A stretch of 64,000 nt of DNA, taken from Chiloscyllium plagiosum (lineage: Eukaryota). The position numbers and the translations under genes were made by a program. The DNA is taken from NCBI RefSeq assembly GCF_004010195.1, contig NC_057718.1, positions 94,026,039 to 94,090,038 on the forward strand, read 5' to 3'. Shown here piece after piece: positions 1 to 12,377 of this stretch. Each line of letters opens with the position of its first letter. Positions within the stretch are counted from its first letter, which is position 1. A model generated the notes under the pieces. The model was not told where the DNA came from. It made no database searches and worked only from the letters and a program-made list of their open reading frames with translations.

Positions 1-715
1 AACAGGGCTGTGTCAGTCTATTCATACCATGTAACAATAATTTGCAACACGTCAAATGTTTTTTTTTAAATGCTACCCGGATTTGAAGCCCCACTTTCCT
101 CCATCTGCTCCCATCTCCCTTTCCCTTTGCACACCTCTCCAGTCTGTCCTCTTGCCTCTCCTTATTCCCAAACCCAGAACTCTCCCCCCTGCACCTTCTC
201 TCCCCTCTGTCCAAGCCTACCTCCTGAATGCACTAATTCACTGCTTTTTTAATTGTTTTATTTGTACTGATCAATTTTGTTTTGGATCATAATGATGATC
301 AACGCAGATTGTTTCTCCAGAGGGGATATGTCTACCAGATCAACCCTGTCCTGACATTACATCAGACTCTTGCACTTCCATTCAGAGTTTTCACTGACTG
401 TTGCGAGTTCTGGATCCCTCTCCACTTCCCTTGACCTCACTCGATCAGGAAAGCAATATTGAAGCTAAAATTAACATTCAGTTCAGTGTTAGTTCTGCTG
501 CTTCCATCCTGCCTGAAATCTTTGGGCCAAATTTTAACTGGAATCCTACCATTTGTACAGTTATATGCCAGCTCCCAGTCTGTATAGCTACCAGCAGAAG
601 CACTGGAGAAACTTCAAAGTGCCGATAATTGTAGTTAAAATATAGCAGAAACTTATTGTGGAATAACTTCAACTGGAATGTTAGATTTGGCTCATGTCAT
701 GACACTGTATACTAA

Positions 716-1236
716 GTCAGAAGTCACATGACACCAGATTATAGTTCAATAGGTTTCTTTGAAATCACAAGCATTTGGAGCACTGCTCCTTTGTCAGTTG
801 ACGTCACTTCGCCTGATGGAGTAGTGTTCCGGAAACGTGTTATTTCAAATAAACCTTTAGGACAATAACCTGGGCGTCACGGTGGCACAGTGGTTAGCAC
901 TGCTATCTCACAGCGCCAGAGACCTGGGTTCAATTCCCGCCTCAGGCGACTGACTGTGTGGAGTTTGCATGTTCTCCCCGTGTCTGCGTGGGTTTCCTCC
1001 TGGTGCTCTGGTTTCCTCCCACATTCCAAAGATGTGCAGGTCAGGTGAATTGGCCATGCTAAATTGCCTGTAGTGTTAGGTAAGGGGTAAATGTAGGGGT
1101 GGGTTGCGCTTCGGCGGGTTGTTGTGGACTTGTTGGGCCAAAGGGCCTGTTTCCACACTGTAAGTAATCTAATCTAATCTGATGTCATGTGACTTCTGAC
1201 TTTGTCAATCCCAATCCAACACCAGCACCTCCACAC
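716..1236 (+). mobile_element. PLE-derived hammerhead fold-back element (family A-like), interrupted by an HE1 SINE
   Basis: Left arm GTCAGAAGTCACATGACACC... is inverted to the right arm ...GATGTCATGTGACTTCTGAC. Degenerate hammerhead at 812-840, tail CCAATCCAACACCAGCACCTCC, TSD CACTGTATACTAA 703-715 / CACTGTACACTAA 1237-1249. Confidence 0.75.
872..1180 (+). mobile_element. HE1-type tRNA-derived SINE
   Basis: A box TGGCACAGTGG, B box GGTTCAATTCC, CR1-like 3' end GGGCCTGTTTCCACACTGTA and (TAATC)n tail. Confidence 0.9.
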
Positions 1237-1672
1237 CACTGTACACTAATACATTTCAAGTCACAAAAACAGTTTCAAGCAGATTAATGTGAAGACTGAT
1301 GATTTGACAGTCACAGAGAAAATTATGCATTCATGAACAGTCAACATGGACAAAACAGTTCCACAAATATGATTGAATCAAAAAATATTAATTGATCATG
1401 GATATGGCAAATCAATGGCTATGTCTCCAGACATGGCTTACAGATTATGAATTCATTTATTATACCACCATATTGAAATTGGATTCAATCATCTGTTCAT
1501 TTGTAGCTAACAGCAAAAAAAATGGCATGATAACTAACAGCTTGGAGAACTGGGTGGATTTTTCAAATCAATGTTAATCAGGAATATACTACCCCCAACT
1601 ATCTTTGCCTCTATATAACTGCAGTCCCACACTGTCCCTTTGATTCTTCGTATCCTCAGGGTCACCAGGGAT

Positions 1673-1965
1673 ACAAAGAAAATTTAAATCCCAGGAACAG
1701 GCCCTTCGGCCCTTCAAGCCTGAGCCGATCCAAATGTACTGTCTAAACCTGTCGGTCAATTCCTAAGCATTTGTACCCCTCTGCTCCCCACTTACTCATG
1801 CATCTGTCCAGACACATCTTAAATGAATCTATCATGCCTGCCTCTACCACCTCTGCTGGCAACGCATTCCAAACGCCTACCACCCTCTGTGTTAAGTACT
1901 TACCACTTGTATCCCCCTTAAACTTTCCACCTCTCACCTTGAAAGCATGACCTCTCGTTATTGAT
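1673..1965 (-). mobile_element. CR1 LINE 3' fragment
   Basis: ORF 1743-1937 gives the CR1 ORF2 C-terminus (TQRVVGVWNALPAEVVEAG) followed by the 3' UTR. Confidence 0.85.
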
Positions 1966-2765
1966 GAACAATAATAACAAGCAACAAGTGCTTCAATTCA
2001 AAGAGGAAACATAAAGATCTGATCTTTTAAATAATCAAGAAATATAAAATGAAATTATGCTCCTGGAGCATTGAAAATTGTTATGCCAGCATTCACGCAT
2101 TCTTGCAATGTAATTTGCAGTGAGCCAAATACCTTTCCTGCAATATCATTACAACAAAATTTACACACAATTCTCCAATGAAAGATCAATGAAAGTTCAG
2201 CAAGCAGATTTCACACAGACAGTAGATTTCTATTGAACAATTTACCAGAGGTTTGGACCTGTCTTCCACAGTTGCTTAGATCAATTGCTAATTTTAAATG
2301 TGGGACTGATAGATTTTTGTTAATGAAAGGTATTAAGGGACTTAGGGTGAAGACGGGAATATGGAATTGGGTCACAGATGAGCTTTGATCTCACTGAATG
2401 GCAGAATAAACTCAAGGGGCTACATGGTCTGCTCCTAATCCCACGTTCCTCAAATGATATGAAAACTCCAAAAGAGGTTATGTTGGAAGAAGAGTGCTCA
2501 GGCTGATCATACGTTTAGCTCACATCTTTGTCGTAATAAGTTGTGAAAGATCAAACCTACTGGAATATTTACTGTCGTTTTAACATTGCTAGTAGAAAAA
2601 TAGTGAAATATATCAGTGAATAAATTGCACAATGCTAATAAGTGAATTGAGAATCTATATAAAATGAACAAAGTCCCCACTTGCGAGGCAAACAATTATG
2701 TTTTACAGTGGTAATAGCTTCCATTGACTCTGGAGGTTCCACTGCCACTGTGTTATTCTGTTAGT

Positions 2766-3088
2766 GGGCGGCACGGTGGCACAGTGGTTAGCACTGCTGC
2801 CTCACAGCGCCAGAGACCCGGGTTCAATTCCCGCCTCAGGCGACTGACTGTGTGGAGTTTGCACGTTCTCCCCGTGTCTGCATGGGTTTCCTCCGGGTGC
2901 TCCGGTTTCCTCCCACAGTCCAAAGATGTGCAGGGTCAGGTGAATTGGCCATACTAAATTGCCCGTAGTGTTAGGTAAGGGGTAAATGTAGGGGTATGGG
3001 GTGGGTTTCGCTTCGGCGGGTCGGTGTGGACTTGTTGGGCCGAAGGGCCTGTTTCCACACTGTAATCTAATCTAATCTAAAAAAAAAA
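2766..3088 (+). mobile_element. HE1-type SINE, young full-length copy
   Basis: Starts GGGCGGCACGGTGGCACAGTGG, CpGs retained, (TAATC)n plus A tail. Near-identical to 4900-5207. Confidence 0.92.
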
Positions 3089-3395
3089 GCAGAGTAATGG
3101 GAGAGAAGAACAGAATGCCAGAAGCCAGCTGTTGGTGGAAACAGGATCCATAATAGGAAGGGGTTAAAGGGATATGGGCCAAGTGCTGGCTAATAGGACT
3201 AGGTTAATTTAGAATATCTGGTCAGCATGGACAAGTTGGACTGAAGGGTCTGTTTCAGTGCTGCAGACCTCTATGACTCTATGAAATGTTGATATTTTAC
3301 TCCTTCCCAGTGCACACACACTCAAGCTACCTATTTCGTTTGTTTGGAGGGAAAGCCTAGCTAATAATGACTCCACTTGACGATATCACAAATTG

Positions 3396-3546
3396 TTTAA
3401 TCCTACATGAAATACGCTGAGACAGCTGCCAGTTTTGACCAATTCCTCCAGTCGAGATACAACTTTATAAACCCCCCCAAGGATTGAGCTGAATCTAAAT
3501 TCTCATTGAGCAAAGATCAAAGGACAAAGAACAATACAGCACAGGA
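3396..3546. repeat. Arm 1 of a perfect 151-bp local inverted duplication
   Basis: Exact reverse complement of 4183-4333 by manual comparison. Confidence 0.9.
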
Positions 3547-3916
3547 ATAGTTCCTTCGGCCCTCCCAGCCTCTGCTGCCATATTTTGCCCTTCTGTACTA
3601 AAACTTCTAAGAACTGAGAATAGGGTTTCCCAGCTCAAGCAATTGAGCTGTTTGTGCACACATATCTGTCTTATATACAGGCTTACTGACCATCTGCTGG
3701 CCAGCCATTGTGTGCATAGGAAGAGTCACACTCTAGTATTGTGCTCATATGAAAAGAGCAATTATACCAAGGCACTCAGATTTTCTTCTGATGTTAATTC
3801 TGACATTTTTTTTGCATGGTACTTGATTCATTAATATTCACAGGATCTCAGAAGTGTGATTGTTGTTTTGGTTCCAGATCATAGCGCTGCTCTTTCATTA
3901 GAGAAAGACAACTGGT

Positions 3917-3954
3917 GGTTCCTGAAGAAGGGCCTGTGCCCGAAACGTCGAATC
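3917..3954 (+). ncRNA. Minimal type I hammerhead ribozyme motif
   Basis: GGTTC-CTGAAGA-A-GGGC(CTGT)GCCC-GAAACGTC-GAATC. Predicted cleavage after C3949. Confidence 0.75.
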
Positions 3955-4037
3955 TCCTGTTCCCTGGATGCTGCCTGACCTGTTCCAGCAATAAAGTTTC
4001 AACTTTGATCTCCAGCATCTGCAGACCTCACTTTCTC
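3921..4037 (+). mobile_element. Single-arm PLE-derived hammerhead mini-element (family B)
   Basis: Near-identical to the element at 28810-29030, with tail ...GCAGACCTCACTTTCTCC. TSD CTGGTGGTT 3912-3920 / 4038-4046. Confidence 0.85.
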
Positions 4038-4182
4038 CTGGTGGTTACTATGCCTCAGGTAAAGGGAGAAGTTGAGAAGGAGAGTCCTTCATGGTAACCT
4101 CAGCTCATGATGGAATTGAACCTACACTGGTGGTATCACACTACTTTTCAAACCAATGGTTCAGCCAACTGAGCTAAACCGA

Positions 4183-4333
4183 TCCTGTGCTGTATTGTTC
4201 TTTGTCCTTTGATCTTTGCTCAATGAGAATTTAGATTCAGCTCAATCCTTGGGGGGGTTTATAAAGTTGTATCTCGACTGGAGGAATTGGTCAAAACTGG
4301 CAGCTGTCTCAGCGTATTTCATGTAGGATTAAA
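4183..4333. repeat. Arm 2 of the 151-bp inverted duplication
   Basis: Reverse complement of 3396-3546. Abuts the head of the minus-strand SINE. Confidence 0.9.
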
Positions 4334-4899
4334 AGTGTAATAGTGTAAATGGAGGCCTTTCAGGTTAAATAAGCATCATTACCTAGCATCAGTCTCCAAC
4401 TTTTTCCCATATCCTTGCACATCATTTTCCTCCAAATAATCATCCTGTGCTCTCTTGAATACTTCAACTTATTAAAATACTCTTTAAAATGTTAAAACAT
4501 CATTTAAATACTACTAAAGTACTTTTGAAATCTTAACTCTGTGTGCTCTTCCCAGCAGCAAATTCCATTGTAAATTTCCATGTTTATAACAGAAATTTTG
4601 AATGAAAACTTGCTGAGCTTATACCTTCCCATTTGTGAAATCACTTGCTGCACATCCAAAGTTAGGAAGATATGATTGCAGTGTGACACGTTTACATGGG
4701 AAATTTCCCTTTGACTATTAACACTGAAATTTAGAAATGCATCAGTGTATCTCCTCAACCAAATATTTAAGAATTGTGAAATAAACAGAGTAACTGAAGA
4801 GCAGCAAGGTGGATTAGAGTCAAAGCAGGGACAGAACAAGAAGTAACAAGAGAAGAAGGTCTGGGTTAAGAAAAAGAGAAAAAGCCAGGTGAACCAAAA

Positions 4900-5207
4900 G
4901 GCACGGTGGCACAGTGGTTAGCACTTCTGCCTCACAGCGCCAGAGACCCGGGTTCAATTCCCGCCTCAGGTGACTGACTGTGTGGAGTTTGCACGTTCTC
5001 CCCGTGTCTGTGCGGGTTTCCTCCGGGTGCTCCAGTTTCCTCCCACCATCCAAAGCTGTGCAGGGTCAGGTGAATTGGCCATGCTAAATTGCCTGTACTG
5101 TTAGGTAAGGGGTAAATGTAGGGGTATTGCGTGGGTTTCGCTTCGGCGGGTCGGTGTGGACTTGTTGGGCCGAAGGGCCTGTTTCCACACTGTAATCTAA
5201 TCTAAAA
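4900..5207 (+). mobile_element. HE1-type SINE
   Basis: A/B boxes, HE1 body, TAATCTAATCT tail. Confidence 0.9.
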
Positions 5208-5356
5208 GTAAGGAAAAGTGTGAAATTTAACATTTGAGGTTATGAAAATCTCGAACAACAATGCAGAAGTATGAAATGAACACATAAAGCAGGAGGAAAA
5301 GCAGATAATTCAGCCTCTCAAGTTTGCTTCACCATTCAATAAGATCATGGCTGATC

Positions 5357-5569
5357 CAAATAAAAACCGAAAGAGCTGCAAATCAGAAACAAAAACCAGA
5401 AATTGCTGGAAAAGCTCAGCAGGTCTGCAAGAGTTAACACTTTGGGCCCAGTGACTTTTTCTCAGTTCTGAAGGAGGGTCACCAGATCCGAAACATTAAC
5501 TCTGATTTCTCTTCACAGATGCTGCCAGACCTGCTGAGCTTTTCCAGCAAATTCTGTTTTTGCTGTGGT
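5357..5569 (-). mobile_element. PLE-derived hammerhead fold-back element (family C) inside a CR1 3' tail
   Basis: Arms CAGAAATTGCTGGAAAAGCTCAGCAGGTCTG / CAGACCTGCTGAGCTTTTCCAGCAAATTCTG. Degenerate hammerhead at 5464-5503. TSD TCATGGCTGATC 5345-5356 / TCACGGCTGATC 5570-5581. Confidence 0.75.
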
Positions 5570-5705
5570 TCACGGCTGATCTACTTGTGTTTCAAATTTC
5601 ACCTTCCCGACTATCCTAGATAATCCTTGATTCTGTTGCCTAACAGAAATCTTTCTATTTCTGCCCTAAAACATATTTAATTACCTCACCTCCATAATCT
5701 TCTGA

Positions 5706-7617
5706 GTCATAGAGTCATAGAGATGTACAGCACGGAAACAGACCCTTCGGTCCAACCCGTCCATGCCGACCAGATATCCCAATCCAATCTAGTCCCACCT
5801 GCCAGCACCTGGCCCATATCCCTCCAAATCCTTCCTATTCATATACCCATCCAAATGCCTCTTAAATGTTGCAATTGTACCAGCCTTCACCACTTCCTTT
5901 GGCAGCTCATTCCATACACGTACCACCCTCTGCATGAAAAAGTTGTCCGTTAGGTCTCTTTTATATCTTTCCCCTCTCACCCTAAACCTATGCCCTATAG
6001 TTCTGGACTCCCACACCCCAGGGAAAAGACTTTGCCTATTTATCCTATCCATGCCCCTCATAATTTTGTAAACCTCTATAAGGTCACCCCTCAGCCTCTG
6101 ACGCTCCAGGGAAAACAGCCCCTGCCTGTTCAGCCTCTCTCTATAGCTCAAACTCTCCAACCCTGGCAACACCCTTGTAAATCTTTTCTGAACACTTTCA
6201 AGTTTCACAACAGCTTTCCGATTGGAAGGAGATCAGAATTGCACGCAATATTGCAACAGTGGTCTAACCAATGTCCTGTACAGCCGCAACATGACCTCCC
6301 AANNNNNNNNNNNNNNNNNNNNNNNNNNNNNNNNNNNNNNNNNNNNNNNNNNNNNNNNNNNNNNNNNNNNNNNNNNNNNNNNNNNNNNNNNNNNNNNNNN
6401 NNNNNNNNNNNNNNNNNNNNNNNNNNNNNNNNNNNNNNNNNNNNNNNNNNNNNNNNNNNNNNNNNNNNNNNNNNNNNNNNNNNNNNNNNNNNNNNNNNNN
6501 NNNNNNNNNNNNNNNNNNNNNNNNNNNNNNNNNNNNNNNNNNNNNNNNNNNNNNNNNNNNNNNNNNNNNNNNNNNNNNNNNNNNNNNNNNNNNNNNNNNN
6601 NNNNNNNNNNNNNNNNNNNNNNNNNNNNNNNNNNNNNNNNNNNNNNNNNNNNNNNNNNNNNNNNNNNNNNNNNNNNNNNNNNNNNNNNNNNNNNNNNNNN
6701 NNNNNNNNNNNNNNNNNNNNNNNNNNNNNNNNNNNNNNNNNNNNNNNNNNNNNNNNNNNNNNNNNNNNNNNNNNNNNNNNNNNNNNNNNNNNNNNNNNNN
6801 NNNNNNNNNNNNNNNNNNNNNNNNNNNNNNNNNNNNNNNNNNNNNNNNNNNNNNNNNNNNNNNNNNNNNNNNNNNNNNNNNNNNNNNNNNNNNNNNNNNN
6901 NNNNNNNNNNNNNNNNNNNNNNNNNNNNNNNNNNNNNNNNNNNNNNNNNNNNNNNNNNNNNNNNNNNNNNNNNNNNNNNNNNNNNNNNNNNNNNNNNNNN
7001 NNNNNNNNNNNNNNNNNNNNNNNNNNTCCAGCACTTCCTCCTCTGTAATCTGGACATTTTGCAAGATGTCACCATCAATTTCCTTTCTGTCTATATCTTC
7101 CATATCCTTTTCCACAGTAAATACTGATGCAAAATATTCATTTAGTATCACCTCCATTTTCTGTGGCTCCACAAAGGCCGCCTTTCTGATCTTTGAGGGG
7201 CCCTATTCTCTCCCTAGTTACCCTTTTGTCCTCAATATATTTGTAAAAACCCTTTGGATTCTCCTTAATTCTGTTTGCCAAAGCTATCTCATGTCCCCTT
7301 TTCCCCTCCTGTTTTCCCTCTTAAGTATACTCCTACTTCCTTTGTACTCTTCTAAGGATTCACTCGATCTATCCTGTCTATACCTGACATATGCTTCCTT
7401 CTTTTTCTTAACCAAATACTCAATTTCTTTAGTCAGCCAGCATTCTCTATACCTACCAGCCTTTCCTTTCTCCCTGACAGAAATATACTTTCTCTGGATT
7501 CTTGTTATCTCATTTTTGAAGGCTTCTCATTTTCTAGCCGTCCCTTTACCTGCGAACATCTGCCTCCAATCAGCTTTCAAAAGTTCTTGCCTAATACCGT
7601 CAAAATTGGCCTTTCTC
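5706..7617 (-). mobile_element. CR1 LINE (ORF2 remnant) spanning an assembly gap
   Basis: Peptides LNEYFASVFT, EVMLRLYRTLVRP and LESVQKRFTRVLPGL...WNELP, with a (CTATGACT)n tail at 5706-5720. Confidence 0.9.
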
Positions 7618-7949
7618 TGGTTTCAAAGTTGCGCAGCCCTCAGACAGAAAGGAAATTCTGCTCACTCAGTCCAAAAAGGCCAAAGCCTGATTTTAAAACT
7701 GTGCCCTCTCATTTTGGACACCTCCGACAAGAGGAAGTAGGGAAACAAGAGGGGAGGAGGGTGAATTAAGCTCAAATCAGCTTCCAAACAAGAGAAAAAG
7801 AAAGATGGGTTTATTTTGAAAAGAAGAGTAAAACACAAAAGACACCAAAAAGAAATAGTTGTAACCTTTACCATTTGAAATTATAAAAATCTCTAACAAT
7901 AATGAACTACCCGCAGGAATACGAAAGATGAAATAAGGACATGTTTACC

Positions 7950-8425
7950 TTGTCAAGATCATTCAGTTTCTTATATACTTCAATCAAGTCACTCCTCACT
8001 TGTAAACTCCAATAGAAATAAATCTAGCATGTCCAACCTACCCTCACAAGACAAACAATTCATTCCAGGCATCAATTGAGTAAACCTCGCTTAAACTGCT
8101 ACAGGTATATTTACATCCTCCCTTAAACTAGAAGACTAAAACTGCACACAGTATTCGAGATGTGGTCTTAAAAATGCCCTATAGAACTGAAGCCTGACTT
8201 GCTTACTTTTATAATCAATTTATCTTGTAATAACATCCCATTAACCTTTGTAATTTCTTGTTGTATTCATGTAGTAACATTTTGTTACGCATGACTAAAC
8301 ATCAAACTCTTTCCGGACCTCAGAATTCGAGTCATTCTCCAGTAAAATAATGATCATTTTTCCTACCAAAGTGAACAAGTTCATAAATTCCCACACAGTG
8401 CTTCACCTGCCAAACTTTAGCACAC
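7950..8425 (-). mobile_element. Older CR1 ORF2 fragment
   Basis: Decayed similarity to the CR1 C-terminal region (e.g. AAACTGCACACAGTATTCGAGATGTGGTCT). Confidence 0.6.
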
Positions 8426-8441
8426 AGGCTCAATCAATTTG

Positions 8442-8725
8442 GGTAGATGGTGATTCCGTGATTAGCACTGCTGCCTCACAGCATCAGGGACCCAGGTTTG
8501 ATTCCATCATTGAGTGACAGTGTGTGTGGAGTTTGCATGTTCTCCCATGTCTGGGTGGATTTCCTCCGGGTTCTCCCACAATCCAAAGATAGACAGGGTA
8601 GGTGGATTAACCATGGGTAATGCAGAGTTACAGGGATAGGGGTGGGTCTGAATGGGATGTTCTTCAGAGGGTCAGTGTGGACATGGTGAGCGGAATGCCC
8701 TACTTCCACACCATAGGGATTCTCT
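8442..8725 (+). mobile_element. HE1-related SINE, diverged
   Basis: TTAGCACTGCTGCCTCACAGC...TGTGGAGTTTGCATGTTCTCC...TAGGGATTCT. Confidence 0.8.
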
Positions 8726-9291
8726 GATTTAAATTGCTCATGTTTCCGGGCCAGAGATGTTAAATTGTATTGTACTAACAACTATTATGCCATTGGAAAG
8801 GTACTTGCATTGTTAAGTTCCAGCCCTAACATTCTGCATGCACTCTCAAAAATAACAGGAAGACCCAGCGCAAGATGTGGTTCATACAAAGCAAATTGAA
8901 GAGAGATAGAAATCAATAAGCAAGTTCTGGATTTTCATATTCAGGGCATATCTCTTATTCCCCTGAATTTATTGCCCAATTTGCTCATTAATTCTAATGT
9001 AAGTCATTAACAAATAATGAGTTTTCCAACAAGATTTGCCCATTATTGTAAAACCTATTACCCTCAATGTCTTAAAATTATTCTACTTTTATCATTATCA
9101 AACTTAAAGGTTTGCCAAAGTGTACACAAATTCTGTACCTGGAAGAAACTCAGATGGCACAGACCGAGATCTGTCCCTGTGCATTGGTACTAGCAGATGA
9201 TATGGTATTTTTTGTAATCATATAGACATCTCACTTCAGAGCTCAGACTGGAATCATGTTCCTACCTTTCAAACAACTGCAGAAATTGCCT

Positions 9292-9735
9292 CAAAAATCA
9301 TAATACTGCAGATGTTGAAAATCCAAAACAAAAGCAGAAACAGGAAATGCTGGAAGTGGCACGGTGGCTCAGTGGTTAGCATTGTTGCTTCACAGCACCA
9401 GGGGCCCGGGTTCAATTCCTGCCTCGGGTGACTGTCTGTGTGGAGTTTGCAAATTCCTGTGTTTGTGTGGGGTTTGCTCTGGTTTCCTCCCACAAGTCCA
9501 AATATGTGCAGATCAGGTGAATTGGCCATGCTAAATTCCTTGTAGCATTAGGCACATTAGCATAGGGTAGGGGATAAGGTCTGGGTTGGTTACTCTTTGG
9601 AGGTTCGGTGTGGACTTGTTGGGCCAAAGGGCCTGTTTCTATGCTGTAGGGAATCTAATCATTCAACAGGTTACTGCAATATCTATGGACGGACATAGAG
9701 GTAGTGTTTTGAGTCTGTGATTTCTCATCAGGACT
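9292..9735 (-). mobile_element. Decayed PLE-hammerhead element interrupted by an HE1 SINE (9356-9660)
   Basis: ACTGCAGATGTTGAAAATCC...AAATGCTGGAA resumes after the SINE as TTCAACAGG...TCATCAG. Confidence 0.55.
9356..9660 (+). mobile_element. HE1-type SINE
   Basis: A/B boxes and GGGAATCTAATC tail. Confidence 0.88.
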
Positions 9736-9984
9736 GAGAAAGCTGGAGGTTTTGAGTAAGGTCTGGATGAAACAAGGGTAAAAGGAAAGTCTGTGATACA
9801 GCAAAAATCACCTCATGGAAAGATGACCTTATCTTACTGATGGCATAGTGTTAACATCAAAAATCCAGAGGATCACCATAAGGCATTAGAAAATTGGTTT
9901 GATTACTTCCAATTAATGAATCTGAAACAGAAATTGAATCTCAGTTATGGTGACCACAAAGCTACCATTGTTTACAGGTTAGAT

Positions 9985-10885
9985 TAAAATAGGTGGTTAA
10001 GTAAGTTGTAATCAAGATATGAGAAATTTACAAATGGATATGGATGGGTGAATGGATCAAAACTTTGCAGATGAAGTTTATTGTGGGTAAGTGTGAGATT
10101 ATCCATTTTGTTTGGAGGAATAGAAAGGCAACTTATTATCTAAATGGAGAGGAACAGAATGCTTCAGTGCAGAGGGATCTGGGTGTCCTTGTGTCTGAAT
10201 TGCAGAAAATAAGTATGCGGGTACTGTGGGCAATAAGGAAAGCAAATGGAATTGTGGGAATTATTATGAAAGGAATGGAGCATAAAATTAGGGAAGCAAT
10301 GCTGCATCTCTATAAGGCATGAGTAAGACCACACCTGGAGTATTGTATACATTTTTTGTCCCCTTACTTGAGGAAGGATGTAGTTGTATTGGAGGAAGTT
10401 CAGAGGAGGTTCTCCAGATTGATTCCAGAGATGAAATGTTTGTCTTATGGAAAGAGATTGAGCAAGTTAGGCTCATAGACACTGGAGTTTAGAAGAATGA
10501 GAGCAGACCTAATTGAGGCATATAAGGGATTGACAATGTAAGCATAGCAAGGATGTTTCTTCCCTTGCAGCAATCTAGAACAAGAGGTCATAGATCTAGG
10601 GTAAGTGCCAGCAGATTCAAAACAGAGATGAGGAGAAATTACTTCTTTCAAAAGGTTATAGATCAGTGGAATCCAGTACTCCAGAGTGTGGTGCATGCCA
10701 GGACATCGAGTAAATGGGGAAGATAGACAGATTTTTAATGAGTAATGGGTTCAAACGTTATGGAGAGGGCAGGAAAGTGGAATTGAGGCCGTGATGAGAA
10801 CAGCCATGATCCTGTTAAATGGCAGAACAGGCTCAAGGGACTGAATTGTCTACTCCTGCCCCTAGTTCTTATCTTCTTATGTTCT
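9985..10885 (+). mobile_element. CR1 LINE 3' portion, decayed
   Basis: Peptides LQMKFIVGKCEIIHF and VQRDLGVLV, followed by the 3' UTR. Confidence 0.85.
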
Positions 10886-12377
10886 TAATCAAGGAAGTTG
10901 AGAATAATATTAAATTGATACAAAAACACACAATATGGCAAGGATTAGCGGTAAGCCAGAAATTACAAAAGTTTTGTCAAGCAACAAAAGATGACCAAAA
11001 ACAAAAGGAGTGAGAAAATAAATTCTGAGGGTAAAAATATTAAGTAATCAATGGGCAGAGACAGAGGAAATAAACACAATAACTAAATCCAGAGAAAATG
11101 TACTAAGGAAACTAATAAGGCTATAGGCCGATATATTCCTGAAGTTGGTTAGTTTCATGCTGGAATATTAAAGGCAGCAACTACAGAGATAGTAATCTTC
11201 CAAGAATCCTTCAACAGTGGCAAAGTGTCGCAGGATTGAAAACTGCTAACTAATAGAAGACAGTAAGCTGGAAAAAGTAGGATGTTTTCAGTGTGGCATC
11301 CTATAACGCGTGGGAGTCCAGAGTGTGTTCCTGTTAGGATGCAAAGCAAGGCTGGTAGGTGTAGGGAATACTGGATGACTAGACAAATTGAGGTCTTGGA
11401 CAAAAATAAGCAAGTCTTGCTGAAACTACACTAGTCAGGCCCCACCTACAGTACTATAAACAGTTTTGGTCCCTGGCATTGAAGGCAATCCTGAGAACGT
11501 TCACAAGGTTGATCCCAGGTTTGGAGTGAATTTCCTATGAGGGCAGTATGACTGTTTGGTCTGTAACATTGGACAATAAAGAATCAGTTGAAACATCTGA
11601 GATGCTGAATCTTTGGAACTCTCCACACCAGAGGACTGTGGAAGGTCAGCCTTTGAGCATACTTAAATTGAATATGTAATGGCGTAATAATTATTTTGAT
11701 TCCCAATAGCATATTGGGTTGTGTGAAACAGAGCTGAAATGTTCAATCCACTGGGATCACATTAAATGACAGAGCAGGTTTAATGAGCTGAATGACCTAT
11801 TCCTGTTGCTATGTTCCTATAATTAGAGAATTTGGCAGGGTAAGTGCTGAGATGTTGCTTCCCCTTGTGGGAGAGTTTAGGACCAAAGTACTCAATCTCC
11901 GAGTAAGGGACTCAGTTAGGTCAGGATGAGCTTCTTTTCTCAGAGGGCAGTGAATCTGTGAAATTCTGAGAGGCTGTCAAGGCTGTGTCTTTAAATATAT
12001 TCAAGGCTGAGATTGACAGGTTTTTCAATCAGTAAGGGAATCAAAGGTTATTGGGAAAACACAGGAAAGTGGAGTTGCAGATTATCAGATCAGCCATGAT
12101 CTCATTGAATTGTGGAATGGACTCGATGGGCTGAATGGCTGACTTTCGCGCCTGTGTCTTATAGTCTCGCCTTTTCTTTATCCTTTCACAGGATGTTGGT
12201 ATCATTGGAAAGGCTTGCCCATCTCTGATTGCCCTTGAGCTGAGGAAACTATTAAGAGAACCATTTCGCAGGACAGTTAAGCACATTGCTGTGGGCCTGG
12301 AGTTACACATAGGCCAGAACAGGTAAGGATGGCAGATCTCCATTCCCTGAAGGGCATCAGTGAACCAGATTTTTAAT

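Larger units (their letters stand above)
3875..4185 (-). mobile_element. tRNA-derived SINE (second family), interrupted by a PLE mini-element
   Basis: Minus-strand head GGATCGGTTTAGCTCAGTTGG...GGTTCAATTCC. Homologous to 21520-21762. Confidence 0.65.

Noticed and set aside
2766..2840. tRNA genes at A/B-box motifs
   Set aside because: All continue into SINE bodies and LINE-derived tails, and no complete cloverleaf was found.
5990..7172. Long ORFs of 281-352 aa
   Set aside because: They stay open only because they run through the N gap, and the flanks are CR1. The same applies to 13603-14292.
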